A DNA stretch of 63,536 nt from contig JAQUDG010000001.1 in the NCBI GenBank assembly GCA_028685815.1, forward strand, positions 1 through 63,536, read 5' to 3'. The first letter of the stretch is position 1. Every line of letters begins with the position of its first letter. This document shows positions 43,112-53,036 of the stretch, one piece after another. The stretch comes from Desulfuromonas sp. (GTDB lineage Bacteria; Desulfobacterota; Desulfuromonadia; Desulfuromonadales; Desulfuromonadaceae). Position numbers and translations under genes: made by a program. A model generated the notes under the pieces. The model did no database searches. It saw nothing but the letters and a program-made list of their open reading frames with translations, and had not been told where the DNA came from.

Positions 43112-44635
43112 ATGCTTGCAAATTTGTATTCAGGGGCACTAATAGGTATCGATGCGTACCGGGTTGAAGTCGAAGTAGATGTTAGCCAGGGTATGCCGCA
43201 ATTTGCTACGGTTGGCCTACCGGAAGGCGCTGTCAGAGAGAGCAAGGACAGAGTTAAGTCGGCTATCAAGAACAGCGGTTATCAATTTCCAGTGCGGCGT
43301 ATCACCGTCAATCTGGCTCCCGCAGATATCCGCAAAGATGCCGCTTCTCTCGACCTGCCGGTGGCAGTGGGGATTCTGCAGGCAACAGGAGTGCTGAAAG
43401 AAAATGCCAAGCGTTACCTGTATATGGGGGAATTATCCCTTGATGGCAGGATTAAGCCGGTGCGTGGAGCTCTGGCGGTAGCGTGTGAAGCGCATAAATG
43501 GGAGGTAGACGGCATTATTCTACCTCAAGAAAATGCCGCAGAAGGGGCAGTGGTAGATAATCTGCCGGTATATCCAGTACGGGATCTGGCCGAAGTGGTG
43601 GGGTTCCTCAATGGGGAGCACCAGATTAAGCCGGAACCGGTACCCTCGATGCTTGCGCCGGAAACTGAAAAAGGGATGGCCGATTTTTCCGAGGTGCGGG
43701 GGCAGCAGCATGTCAAACGCGCGCTGGAGGTAGCCGCAGCGGGGGGACATAATATGCTGATGGTGGGACCGCCGGGCAGCGGGAAGACCATGTTAGCGCG
43801 CCGCATTCCCACCATTCTTCCCCCTCTTGAGTTCAGCGAGGCCCTGGAAACCACCAAGATCCATTCAGTCAGCGGTTTGCTCGCCCGGCGCGATGCGCTG
43901 GTCAAGGTGCGGCCGTTTCGTTCTCCACATCACAGTATCTCCGACGCCGGCATGATAGGTGGTGGCAGTATCCCGCGCCCCGGGGAAACGTCTTTAGCCC
44001 ATTGCGGGGTCTTGTTTTTAGATGAATTGACCGAGTTCAAGAAGAATGTCCTCGAAATGCTGCGCCAGCCCCTTGAAGATGGAAAAGTGGTGATCAGCCG
44101 CGCGAGCATGAGTTTGACCTATCCGGCTTCGTTTATGCTGGTGGCGGCCATGAACCCCTGCCCGTGCGGATACCTGGGGGACAGCCAGCACCAGTGTACC
44201 TGCACGGCGGCGAATCTGGAGCGCTATCGGAACCGCTTATCCGGCCCCTTGCTTGATCGCATCGACTTGCACGTTGAGGTGCCCCGTATCCCTTATCAGC
44301 AACTTTCCGGCAAAGATACCCAGGAGAGCTCCGCAACGGTGCGTGCACGCGTGGAAGCAGCGCGCCAAATCCAGCAGCAGCGGTTTACCACCCTCAAACT
44401 TCACTCCAACAGCCAGATGGAAGCGCGCCACATTCGCAAATTCTGCGCCATAGACAGCGAAGGGGACAAACTCCTCGCGTTGGTAACCGAGCGCCTTGGA
44501 TTGTCTGCCCGCAGTTATGCGCGTATTCTGAAGGTGGCGCGCACCATTGCCGATCTCGCCGGGGAAGACAATATCCGTCAACCACATCTGGCTGAGGCGG
44601 TGCAGTATCGCGCGTTCGACCGGAAGGTTTTTTAA
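43112..44635 (+). CDS. comM: YifB/ComM family Mg-chelatase-like AAA+ ATPase
   Basis: Lon-protease-like N-domain, Walker [10 protein letters not shown], Walker B VLFLDEL and the Zn-ribbon-like insert NPCPCGY...CTC. Confidence 0.9.
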   Translation: MLANLYSGALIGIDAYRVEVEVDVSQGMPQFATVGLPEGAVRESKDRVKSAIKNSGYQFPVRRITVNLAPADIRKDAASLDLPVAVGILQATGVLKENAKRYLYMGELSLDGRIKPVRGALAVACEAHKWEVDGIILPQENAAEGAVVDNLPVYPVRDLAEVVGFLNGEHQIKPEPVPSMLAPETEKGMADFSEVRGQQHVKRALEVAAAGGHNMLMVGPPGSGKTMLARRIPTILPPLEFSEALETTKIHSVSGLLARRDALVKVRPFRSPHHSISDAGMIGGGSIPRPGETSLAHCGVLFLDELTEFKKNVLEMLRQPLEDGKVVISRASMSLTYPASFMLVAAMNPCPCGYLGDSQHQCTCTAANLERYRNRLSGPLLDRIDLHVEVPRIPYQQLSGKDTQESSATVRARVEAARQIQQQRFTTLKLHSNSQMEARHIRKFCAIDSEGDKLLALVTERLGLSARSYARILKVARTIADLAGEDNIRQPHLAEAVQYRAFDRKVF

Positions 44636-45702
44636 CCGGGTTTGTGCAGCAATCCATTCTTTGGATAGAATTTCTTCTGCAACCAGAATGCTACGTTCAC
44701 CAAGCCGATCAACGCTGGCACCTCGACCAGCGGACCGATAACGGCGGTGAAGGCAACGGCTGAATCGAGGCCAAAGACTGCCACCGCCACGGCAATAGCC
44801 AATTCGAAGTTGTTACCTGCGGCGGTAAAGGCAACGGTGGTGGTCTGGCTATAGTCTGCACCCACCTTGACCCCCATCCAGAAACTGACTAAGAACATCA
44901 CTACGAAGTAGATCAACAGCGGAATGGCGATGCGTACCACATCGAGCGGAATCGACACAATTAATTCACCTTTGAGGCTGAACATCACCAAGATGGTGAA
45001 CAGCAGCGCCACCAGCGTAACCGGGCTGATTTTGGGGATGAATATCTGCTCATACCAGTCACGCCCCTTTACCCTAAGCAGAACGAAACGGGTGAGCATA
45101 CCAGCAGCGAAGGGGATGCCAAGGTAGACGGCTACGCTCTTGGCGATCTGGCCAATGGAGACCTGCACCACCGCTCCTTCCAAACCGAACAGCGGTGGCA
45201 GTACGGTGACAAAGAACCAGGCATAGAGCGAATAAAAAAGTACCTGAAAAACCGAGTTGAAAGCGACCAGTCCAGCGCAGTAATCGGTATTACCTTTGGC
45301 CAGTTCGTTCCAGACAATTACCATGGCGATGCAGCGCGCCAACCCGATCATGATGAGGCCAACCATGTATTCGGGATAATTGTGCAGAAAGACAACGGCG
45401 AGGATAAACATCAGCACTGGACCAATAACCCAGTTCTGCAGTAGCGAGATGCCGAGGATTTTTTTGTTGGCAAACACTTCGCCCAATTCCTCGTAACGCA
45501 CCTTTGCCAGCGGCGGGTACATCATTAGAATCAGGCCGATAGCGATAGGAATATTGGTGGCGCCAACCGAGAAGGCGTTGACAACATTTTTCACTCCTGG
45601 GAAAAGCCAGCCGGTGCCAACACCAATAAACATGGCGAGAAAAATCCACAGGGTCAGATAACGATCGAGAAACGAGAGTCTCTTAGTCAGCCTCTGTGCC
45701 AT
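44632..45702 (-). CDS. acr3: ACR3-family arsenite efflux transporter
   Basis: 356 aa. The N-terminal [13 protein letters not shown] motif and 10-TM BART-superfamily layout are typical of ACR3. Its stop overlaps the comM stop by 4 nt (convergent genes). Confidence 0.85.
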   Translation of the reverse strand: MAQRLTKRLSFLDRYLTLWIFLAMFIGVGTGWLFPGVKNVVNAFSVGATNIPIAIGLILMMYPPLAKVRYEELGEVFANKKILGISLLQNWVIGPVLMFILAVVFLHNYPEYMVGLIMIGLARCIAMVIVWNELAKGNTDYCAGLVAFNSVFQVLFYSLYAWFFVTVLPPLFGLEGAVVQVSIGQIAKSVAVYLGIPFAAGMLTRFVLLRVKGRDWYEQIFIPKISPVTLVALLFTILVMFSLKGELIVSIPLDVVRIAIPLLIYFVVMFLVSFWMGVKVGADYSQTTTVAFTAAGNNFELAIAVAVAVFGLDSAVAFTAVIGPLVEVPALIGLVNVAFWLQKKFYPKNGLLHKPG

Positions 45703-45788
45703 TTTGGCCTCCTCCTTTTAGATAGCTGGTTTCTGACTAAAAATCGCTAAACTGGCGGTGGGTTGCAGGTCAGACAGTGACCTTTAGC

Positions 45789-46493
45789 TCAGACTGCGGT
45801 GTAGAGTAGCCAGATGCCACCGAGCATGACCAGCAGACCGCAGATCCGTTTGAGCCAGATTGTCCCCTTGGAACCCTCACTCCAGTTCAGGTAGCGCTGG
45901 ATTTTTTCGGTAAAGGTGCCGGCAAAGACAATCACCGCACAGTGGCCAAGGCCGTAGGCGAGTAACAGGGAGACGGCGAAGAGCAGATTGTTGTTCGCTT
46001 CGGTAAAGGCGACGCCTAGAACCGGGCCCATATACGCAAAGGTACAAGGTCCAAGAGCGATGCCGAACACCAGCCCCAGGATAAGGGCGGCGAACAGCCC
46101 CTTGCGCTGCATACCGATCTGCCCTGGCCCTGACCAAGGCATGGGGATGAGCCCCCACAGATGCAGACCGAAGAGAAAAAAGATCCCCGCAACCAACCAG
46201 TTACCCCAAGGGCCAAGATCGCCCAGCATCCGCCCAGCCAGCGCGGTGAGCAGGCCAATCAGGGCAATAGAGAGCAAAATGCCGATGGCGAACAAGTTTG
46301 AGATGCCAAAAGCCCGCCATATGCTCATGCGCCCTTGACCGTCAATAAACCCGACAATCAGCGGGATGCTCGCCAGATGACAGGGGGAAAGCAGAATGCT
46401 GAGAACGCCCCAACCCGCTGCGGCTGCCAACGCGACAGCTGGGGCTGCATAAACCGCCTGACTCAAACTGGTCATCAGCTGCTCAACCATCAA
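45789..46493 (-). CDS. ccdA: CcdA/DsbD-family thiol:disulfide transmembrane electron transporter
   Basis: 234 aa with six TM segments. Conserved Cys residues in LSPCHLASIP and ALGPCTFAY. Confidence 0.85.
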   Translation of the reverse strand: MMVEQLMTSLSQAVYAAPAVALAAAAGWGVLSILLSPCHLASIPLIVGFIDGQGRMSIWRAFGISNLFAIGILLSIALIGLLTALAGRMLGDLGPWGNWLVAGIFFLFGLHLWGLIPMPWSGPGQIGMQRKGLFAALILGLVFGIALGPCTFAYMGPVLGVAFTEANNNLLFAVSLLLAYGLGHCAVIVFAGTFTEKIQRYLNWSEGSKGTIWLKRICGLLVMLGGIWLLYTAV

Positions 46494-46852
46494 TCTTTTC
46501 CCTTGAAGGTGTAGCCCAGTTCATTCCACTTGTTGAGAATATCCTCGCGCCCATAAAAACCGGTATGACGGTAAAGTTCAGTGCCATCCGCAGCATAAAA
46601 TATCTGCGTCGGGATCATCCGCACCCCATACGCAGAGGCCTTGTCTTTGTATTTCCAGACATCCACAAACTCGACTTCCAGCTGTCCGGCATAATCGGCG
46701 CGCAGGGCATCGAGGATCGGGGCCATCTTGATGCACGGGATGCACTTGTCGGCACCGACATCAACCAGTTTCGGCAGGTCGGCGGCGAAAAGGTTGCTGC
46801 TCAATAACAGCAGAAGCAAAGCGATACTATAGCGGGTCAATAATTTCATCAT
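46490..46852 (-). CDS. Exported thioredoxin-fold protein (CIPC active site)
   Basis: Signal peptide MMKLLTRYSIALLLLLLSSNLFA, then DKCIPCIKMAP. ATGA overlap with ccdA; the start lies 1 nt after the upstream stop. Confidence 0.85.
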   Translation of the reverse strand: MMKLLTRYSIALLLLLLSSNLFAADLPKLVDVGADKCIPCIKMAPILDALRADYAGQLEVEFVDVWKYKDKASAYGVRMIPTQIFYAADGTELYRHTGFYGREDILNKWNELGYTFKGKD

Positions 46853-46853
46853 C

Positions 46854-47090
46854 TCACCCCAGTAGTTTCTCAAGTTCGGCAGGGTTTGGCACTTTCCCTA
46901 CAACCAATACCTTGCCATCGACCGCCAAAGCGGGGGTGGACATCACCCCGAATTCCATGATCTGATTAAGTTCTGTGACCTTTTCCATTTCGTAATTGAG
47001 CCCAAGGTTATCAGCCGCCTTTTTTGCGTTTGCGGCAAGTTTTTCACATTTGGGGCAACCGGTGCCGAGAATCTGAATTTTCATCATCAT
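46854..47090 (-). CDS. Small thioredoxin-fold protein (redox-active disulfide protein 2 type, CPKC)
   Basis: 78 aa. KIQILGTGCPKCEKL...STPALAVDGKVLVVGKVP is typical of the TM0996/MTH895 glutaredoxin-like family. GAGGAG RBS. Confidence 0.85.
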   Translation of the reverse strand: MMMKIQILGTGCPKCEKLAANAKKAADNLGLNYEMEKVTELNQIMEFGVMSTPALAVDGKVLVVGKVPNPAELEKLLG

Positions 47091-47103
47091 GTTTCTCCTC
47101 TGG

Positions 47104-48411
47104 TTAAAAAAATGCTCCATAGATCAAACCACTGATAGTCGCCATTATCACCACCAGCAGCACAAAGACGCTGGTTCTTTTAGTCCCCATGATACTGCGT
47201 ATCACCAGCATGTTCGGCAGGCTAAGCGCCGGCCCGGCCAACAGCAGCGCCAATGCCGGGCCTTTGCCCATTCCTGCTCCGAGCAAGCCTTGCAGGATAG
47301 GCACCTCGGTGAGGGTAGCGAAGTACATGAAAGCGCCGAAAACCGAAGCGAACAGATTGGCAGACACCGAGTTACCCCCGACCAGGGATTCGACCCATTG
47401 GGACGGGATCAGTCCCTCATGTCCTGGACGCCCAAGCAAGACCCCAGCGATCAGCACGCCTATCAGCAACAGTGGTAGGATTTGTTTGGCAAAACACCAG
47501 CTTTCGCTGAACCAGGCGCCCATTTCACCATCGCGGGTGCTTTTTAAATTGCCCAGAACCGACAGCCCCACAACTCCAAAGGTAAAGGCAAGTTCGGGGT
47601 GCTGCGGCAGGATAATAGCGCTCAGCAGTGCAGGGATGGTTGCCAGCAAAATGCGGGGGAAGCCGAGCTGAAACCAGGTGGCGAGCATCAGCCCTAGAGC
47701 AAGGGAGAGGCCGCTGGTGATCCACCACTTGGCGGCGTAGAGTGTGTACCATAAACCGGTCGGCTGATCGGGCTTTCCCCAGTTGGCGAAGACCAGGATG
47801 CCGACCATGCTCGCAAAGTAGAGTGCCGTCTGCCACAGAGGTCGGCCTTCCTCTTCGTCTCCCATCACCGGAGCAGTGGACGCTTTTGCAGCTTCTTCGT
47901 GGCGAAAGAAGAAGTGCATGGCCAGCCCGATGATTATGGCAAACAAAATTGCGCCAACGGCGCGGGCGATCCCCATTTCAAGACCAAGTATGCGCGCGGT
48001 AAGTACGATGGCCAGAATGTTGATCGCAGGTCCGGAGTAGAGAAAAGCGCAGGCAGGTCCAAGGCCCGCACCCATGCGGTAGATTCCGGCGAAGAGGGGC
48101 AGAATGGTGCAGGAGCACACCGCAAGGATACTGCCTGAGACCGAGGCCACCCCGTAGGCGAGGACCTTGTTTGCCTTGGGCCCCAGGTACTTCATCACCG
48201 CAGTCTGGCTGACGAAGACCGCCACCGCTCCGGCAATAAAAAAGGCTGGCACCAGGCAGAGCAGCACATGCTCTTGAGCATACCACTTGACCAGATAGAG
48301 TGACTCAATAACGGCACTCTGGACACGCGGGGCTTCCACCGGGAGAAAAAAACATGCGGCAAAGACGGCAATAATCCAGAAAAGTGGCTTCCATTCTGCT
48401 TTCCAGTCCAT
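47104..48411 (-). CDS. Polytopic permease, UPF0718/YraQ (ArsP-related) family
   Basis: 435 aa with ~10 TM segments. The Cys pair in SILAVCSCTILPLFAG resembles the family motif. Commonly partnered with the small CPxC protein and an ArsR regulator (my recollection). Confidence 0.7.
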   Translation of the reverse strand: MDWKAEWKPLFWIIAVFAACFFLPVEAPRVQSAVIESLYLVKWYAQEHVLLCLVPAFFIAGAVAVFVSQTAVMKYLGPKANKVLAYGVASVSGSILAVCSCTILPLFAGIYRMGAGLGPACAFLYSGPAINILAIVLTARILGLEMGIARAVGAILFAIIIGLAMHFFFRHEEAAKASTAPVMGDEEEGRPLWQTALYFASMVGILVFANWGKPDQPTGLWYTLYAAKWWITSGLSLALGLMLATWFQLGFPRILLATIPALLSAIILPQHPELAFTFGVVGLSVLGNLKSTRDGEMGAWFSESWCFAKQILPLLLIGVLIAGVLLGRPGHEGLIPSQWVESLVGGNSVSANLFASVFGAFMYFATLTEVPILQGLLGAGMGKGPALALLLAGPALSLPNMLVIRSIMGTKRTSVFVLLVVIMATISGLIYGAFF

Positions 48412-48490
48412 CTTATTTCCTTTTCTATTTGGCCATACAGCCAAGTACATAGGTAAGAAAAAACGCCTACAAAAGACTTCCGGAGTCTTT

Positions 48491-48805
48491 TCAGCAGGCG
48501 CAGGTAGTGGTTGAGGTTTCGCTGTTAATGACCCCCTCGATGCACCCCAGGAAGTTCAGGATGCAGGGGGTGCGCAGTTGGTAGAAAACTTGGTTGCCGC
48601 GTTTGTCATCTACGACGATCCCAGCATGTTTAAGCACACGCAGATGTTTCGATACGGTCGAGATATCGAACCCGACCATCTCGGTCAGTTCGCGCACGCA
48701 GTACTCCTGATGCGCAAGTTTCTCGACAAAAAACAAGCGCACCGGATGTGCGATAGCTTTAATAATATGAGCGCGTACCGTGTAATGTTTTTCCGCGTAG
48801 AGCAT
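48491..48805 (-). CDS. ArsR/SmtB-family transcriptional regulator with Cys-rich C-terminus
   Basis: IIKAIAHPVRLFFVEKL...CVRELTEMVGFDISTVSKHLRVLKHAGIV winged-helix core. C-terminal Cys residues (PCILNFLGC...TTTCAC). GGAGGG RBS before ATG 48805. Confidence 0.85.
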   Translation of the reverse strand: MLYAEKHYTVRAHIIKAIAHPVRLFFVEKLAHQEYCVRELTEMVGFDISTVSKHLRVLKHAGIVVDDKRGNQVFYQLRTPCILNFLGCIEGVINSETSTTTCAC

Positions 48806-48822
48806 ATGTTCCCTCCATCTGT

Positions 48823-48838
48823 TTGGCAATATAGCCAA
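48823..48838. promoter_or_regulatory. Inverted repeat TTGGC-aatata-GCCAA upstream of the ArsR-family gene (candidate operator)
   Basis: Read from the sequence; lies 18-33 nt upstream of the regulator ATG. Function is inferred only from position. Confidence 0.3.
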
Positions 48839-48919
48839 GCAGATTGTTGCTGTCAATTGCCATTAAACGGTTTTTTCAACATGGCAGCAACGCAGCTGTC
48901 TGACAAATGTAGGATAACT

Positions 48920-49321
48920 CTATAACTTCCAGGTTACTTTGGGTTTTGTAACTAGAGGAAGAATACGTTCAATTTCGAAAAACACCAGAAAGCAGGTCTG
49001 GTTAATAAATTTACCTTTGCCGCGCTCTTCCAGACATTCCTTCACCCTTTGGGTGTTGCGTTCTTCGTCAACTTTTTTAAGGTGATGGCGTACCCCTTCA
49101 TAGCCTTTCCCTTCTTCAATAAATAGATAGGCTGCGCGTGGGTTGCTCTGTAGATTCGCATGGCTGAGGTGATCTAGCATTATAAACCCAATACGTCCAT
49201 CGGGGAAAAAGCGCGGGCGCGCATATACCGCAGAATTAACCTGCCCATCGCTGTCGCAGGTGGACAGCACGGAAGTGCCAGTCGTGGTTTTGAAATATTC
49301 CGGTAGTTGGGCTATATCCAT
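48920..49321 (-). CDS. Pyridoxamine 5'-phosphate oxidase-like FMN-binding split-barrel protein
   Basis: 133 aa. LSTCDSDGQVNSAVYARPRF...NLQSNPRAAYLF resembles the PNPOx-like family. Confidence 0.65.
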   Translation of the reverse strand: MDIAQLPEYFKTTTGTSVLSTCDSDGQVNSAVYARPRFFPDGRIGFIMLDHLSHANLQSNPRAAYLFIEEGKGYEGVRHHLKKVDEERNTQRVKECLEERGKGKFINQTCFLVFFEIERILPLVTKPKVTWKL

Positions 49322-49605
49322 GATTTTAACTCCTAATGGGTTGTGTATCCTTATGGTGCCGCAATATGTGCAGGTAACTATGGCAGGAAGGGGTGGGATA
49401 AAACATGATTCAGATCAAAAAACAAAGGGTGGTTTACTCTTTCTTGATAAAAGCTGCTTAGAATGTATAGTGATGAAGTAAATGTGGATACTAATTGAGG
49501 GGCCGCCCTTCCGCAATCTGTCACGATCTATCAAGCAAGGGGCGGTGTTGTCCATTCACGGTGGATGGGTTTTATCAGGTTTAACAGCATAAAGGAGGCA
49601 AGGTA

Positions 49606-50889
49606 ATGAAGAGGACCTTAGTATTAATGTGGATCGCCTGTATGGGGCTCATTCTGAGTACTACATTGGCGCTGGCCAACAACGGCTGTATTGACTGCCA
49701 CAGCGAGAATTCGCCGGGACAGGTCATGGATTGGGAAGCTAGCAGGCACTCTCAGGTAGGTATAACCTGCGATGTGTGCCATGGTAACGCCCATCAGAAT
49801 GCGGAGGACTACAAAAAAGCCATCCTGCCGGACGAGAAGAAATGTGCTCAGTGCCATCGCAAACAATTTAGCGAATTCGAGAAGGGCAAGCACAACCATG
49901 GCTGGTCGGTGCTCAATGCCATCCCGGCTACCCACATGGCGCCTGACGAGTTGATCGAAGGTGGACGTGGCTGCGGTGGTTGTCATAATATGGGGATTAA
50001 GACCGAAGAACAAAGAGCCGATCAGGTGGCTAAAGGGTATCGCTACCAGAACAATTCCTGTGATGAATGTCATACCCGGCATGCATTTTCTCTGAAAGAA
50101 GCGCAGAATCCCCAGGCCTGCCAACAGTGTCATATGGGTTATGACCATCCCCAGTGGGAGATGTGGTCTAGCTCTAAGCATGGGATGCGCTATTTTGTTA
50201 AGAAGAGTGGCGATCTGCCGGAGAAAGCCGCTGCACCCACCTGTCAGACCTGCCATCTGCCTGATGGCACCCATGAAAACCACACTGCCTGGGGTTTTCT
50301 CGGTGTGCGTCTGCCCCTGCCCGAAGATCCACAGGCGGCTGCGGACCGTGTGACCATCCTTAAGGCCCTTGGTGTTCTTGATCCTGAAACGGGTGAGCCT
50401 ACACCTATTTTGGATGCGGTTAAGGCATACGACATGGCAAGACTGGATCAGGCTTCTTGGGAAAAACAGCGCAACAAAATGCTCGATACCTGTACCCAGT
50501 GCCACTCGCGCCAATACGCCAAAGAGCAACTCGATATGGGTGATGCCATTCTGACCAAGGCCGACCGTCTGATGGCAGATGCAATTGAAACCGTCGCCGC
50601 GTTGTACAAAGATGGAATCATTCAGAAGCCCGAAGGCTATCCGCACAACTATCCATTCCTTCTCTCTTTCATGCACACCAACGGGGCAAACTGGGATGAG
50701 AACCTTGATGAATTGTCCTATATTGATCAAGTTCTGTTGCGCATGTTCATGAAACACCGGATGCGCGCTTATCAGGCATTCTTCCACGTTAATCCAGACT
50801 ATGCTTACTGGTATGGCTGGAACATGATGACTGAGGATTTAGGTGAGATTAAATCTTTGGCTAAACAGATGCGTAAGTTGAATAATTAA
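49606..50889 (+). CDS. Octahaem cytochrome c of the hydroxylamine oxidoreductase (HAO) family
   Basis: Signal peptide. Eight CXXCH (CIDCH, CDVCH, CAQCH, CGGCH, CDECH, CQQCH, CQTCH, CTQCH). HAO-family spacing and the CHMGYDHPQWEMWSSSKHG motif. Confidence 0.8.
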   Translation: MKRTLVLMWIACMGLILSTTLALANNGCIDCHSENSPGQVMDWEASRHSQVGITCDVCHGNAHQNAEDYKKAILPDEKKCAQCHRKQFSEFEKGKHNHGWSVLNAIPATHMAPDELIEGGRGCGGCHNMGIKTEEQRADQVAKGYRYQNNSCDECHTRHAFSLKEAQNPQACQQCHMGYDHPQWEMWSSSKHGMRYFVKKSGDLPEKAAAPTCQTCHLPDGTHENHTAWGFLGVRLPLPEDPQAAADRVTILKALGVLDPETGEPTPILDAVKAYDMARLDQASWEKQRNKMLDTCTQCHSRQYAKEQLDMGDAILTKADRLMADAIETVAALYKDGIIQKPEGYPHNYPFLLSFMHTNGANWDENLDELSYIDQVLLRMFMKHRMRAYQAFFHVNPDYAYWYGWNMMTEDLGEIKSLAKQMRKLNN

Positions 50890-50905
50890 ACAGGGATGAG
50901 CATAC

Positions 50906-50937
50906 AAAAGGCGGGTGCTTTTAAGCGCCCGCCTTTT
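50906..50937. terminator. Bidirectional Rho-independent terminator
   Basis: AAAAGGCGGGTGC-ttttaa-GCGCCCGCCTTTT between the HAO-family gene (+) and the ferredoxin gene (-). Confidence 0.85.
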
Positions 50938-50986
50938 GTTGTCTGTTAGACCCCTGCCGAGAGTCTGGCGGGTTGTGTGAGCTAAA

Positions 50987-51181
50987 TCATTCCTCCCAGT
51001 GGATACATTCCGACGGACACTGATCTATGGCTTCGCTCTGAATATCCTCTTCACTGGCTCCGGCGCTGTCATACGCCTCCGCCTTGTTATCGTCGTCAAA
51101 CTGGAAAACATCCGGCAGATTATCCACGCACAAGCCGCAGCTTATACATTCTTCCTTATCTACATACACTATTCTAGCCAT
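50987..51181 (-). CDS. Small single-cluster ferredoxin
   Basis: 64 aa from MARIVYVDKEECISCGLCVDN...IDQCPSECI (CxxCxxC...CP). Confidence 0.85.
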   Translation of the reverse strand: MARIVYVDKEECISCGLCVDNLPDVFQFDDDNKAEAYDSAGASEEDIQSEAIDQCPSECIHWEE

Positions 51182-51551
51182 AATCGTTTCTCCTTGCGAT
51201 GAAGTGAATAAGTACACACCACAAACCCTTTAGCGTTTATATAGGGACAGGTGCTGCGGACAGGCGCCGCTTATTTTGTTTCAACCATAACGTAATTACA
51301 TCCTTTGGCAACATTTGTAATGTAGTTCCAACGTGCTGCCCATACGTCTTTTTAGCATAAAATAAAATAATGGACAGAAAATTGATTTGTATCAATCCAC
51401 TTCAACTTTTTTTCTTTTAAATAAGAATACATACTCACAAGGATGCTATCTGATCTTCCGGTCTATCTGGTTGGTGCTTCAGAATGCTTTGGGTTTTGAG
51501 AGAAACAGTGGCACAGCAAGTAGGTAATCCTTCCCGTGCTAGGCAAATATT

Positions 51552-51776
51552 CTATGCACTGAAATGTTCTACCAATTCATCCAATTCGGGGTAACGGCGT
51601 TGCTCCAAGCGTGAAAATATCTGCTTGCCATCAACGAATACGGCAAATTCGCTTTTCTGGGTGCCAGCCTCGATTTCGACTTTTGCTCCACCGAGTTGTT
51701 TGCTCAAATCTGCGGCGAGACTCGCCGCTCTGGGCTGATGCCCTCAGGATGCGCAGTAAACAATGTTTATTTCCAT
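51552..51776 (-). CDS. SelW/SelT/SelH (Rdx) family selenoprotein with in-frame UGA (Sec11)
   Basis: ATG 51776 (AAGGAAAG RBS). MEINIVYCAS-TGA(51746-51744)-GHQPRAASLAADL...FAVFVDGKQIFSRLEQRRYPELDELVEHFSA, ending at TAG 51554-51552. The CxxU redox motif and the downstream PRA...L and VDG...FS...RFP-like motifs fit the family. The frame stays open for 63 codons after the TGA. Confidence 0.8.
51712..51728 (-). promoter_or_regulatory. Putative bacterial SECIS hairpin
   Basis: GCGGCGA-GUC-UCGCCGC (7-bp GC-rich stem) starts 15 nt after the UGA, which puts the apical loop ~23 nt downstream, inside the range I recall for bacterial SECIS elements. Confidence 0.6.
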
Positions 51777-52089
51777 GAGATACTTTCCTTTTATGTGGTG
51801 TAAGTCTGCTTCGGACTGTTTGCTTGAATACCTATATAATGCCCATGTAAAAGATATATATGAGCATATATGCATAATTTGCGCAACCCCAAGCGGAATT
51901 GTTATGTGAAGCTTTTCCCAAGCCCTCGTAGCAGACTTTCTTTGCATTTTTGGTATACTGCTGCACATATCACAGCAAATACTAGGCTACCCAAGGTGCA
52001 GCTAAACAAAAAACGATACTTTCGCGCAGGAATATTCTTATATTGGAGCACAAGCACTGTGATGATATTCACATCCTAGGGAGGAACTT

Positions 52090-52530
52090 ATGACCATGAA
52101 GCTCACGTGCAGGGAATACACGCAGATCATCGACACTGCGCCAGATGCCATACTTTTATCGGACCGCGAAGGGCTTATCCAGCTCTGGAACGAGGGGGCG
52201 GAACACATCTTCGGCTACAGCCATGCGGAAGCGATGGGTCAATCCCTCGATATCATTATCCCTCCCCGTTTGCGCGAGCGGCACTGGGAAGGATATTATC
52301 GCGCCATTGAAACAGGAGAATTCCGCTACGGCAAATACGAGCTTCTCTCGGTACCGGCCATGTGCAAGGATGGCAGCCAGATTTCCTGTGCCTTTTCCAT
52401 GATAATACTTCGGGATGAAGATAATAAAATTATCGGCATGGCCTCTATCCTGCGCGACGGCACCAAGGCATGGAACAAAGAAAAGGAGCTCAAGCAGCAA
52501 ATCGCAGAGTTGAAAAAGGAGCAACCCTAG
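52090..52530 (+). CDS. Stand-alone PAS domain protein
   Basis: GGGAGG RBS. IIDTAPDAILLSDREGLIQLWNEGAEHIFGYSHAEAMGQSLDIIIP is a PAS S-box. 146 aa with no output domain. Confidence 0.8.
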   Translation: MTMKLTCREYTQIIDTAPDAILLSDREGLIQLWNEGAEHIFGYSHAEAMGQSLDIIIPPRLRERHWEGYYRAIETGEFRYGKYELLSVPAMCKDGSQISCAFSMIILRDEDNKIIGMASILRDGTKAWNKEKELKQQIAELKKEQP

Positions 52531-52557
52531 AGCGCTGATTGGCATGGAGGTGGTTTT

Positions 52558-52905
52558 ATGCAGATTCAAACAAAGCGTGCATATGAAAGCCCTGCGCCGG
52601 AGGATGGCTATCGAGTGCTGGTAGATCGCCTGTGGCCGCGTGGTGTGTCCAAGCAGAAGTTGGCTGTGGATGAGTGGAACAAGGAGATAGCTCCGTCGAC
52701 AGAGCTGCGCAAGTGGTTCAACCACGATCCAGAGAAATGGGGGCAGTTCAGGGAGCGCTATCTTGTGGAGTTAAGAGAAAACCAGTTGGGGAAAGAGCTG
52801 CTGAAAGCAGTCAAGCAGAAGCGCCTTACTCTGGTTTATGGCGCGCGCGATACAGAGCATAATCAGGCGCTGGTGTTGAAGGAATATTTGGAGGGATGTC
52901 TTTAA
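52558..52905 (+). CDS. DUF488 (YeaO-like) family protein
   Basis: KRAYESPAPEDGYRVLVDRLWPRGVSK...WNKEIAPSTELRKWF...LVYGARD are DUF488 signatures. Confidence 0.85.
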   Translation: MQIQTKRAYESPAPEDGYRVLVDRLWPRGVSKQKLAVDEWNKEIAPSTELRKWFNHDPEKWGQFRERYLVELRENQLGKELLKAVKQKRLTLVYGARDTEHNQALVLKEYLEGCL

Positions 52906-53036
52906 CTCTAGCATTGTGCCTGTGTACTGCAACTCAAGTCATTTTCTGCGCATTGATGTGGTGCTGTGAGCGTAATGTTGCGGCAGTTTCAACCCTGATC
53001 TGTTGAGACTAGGCAGGTTGATTTGTAAGGGAACGT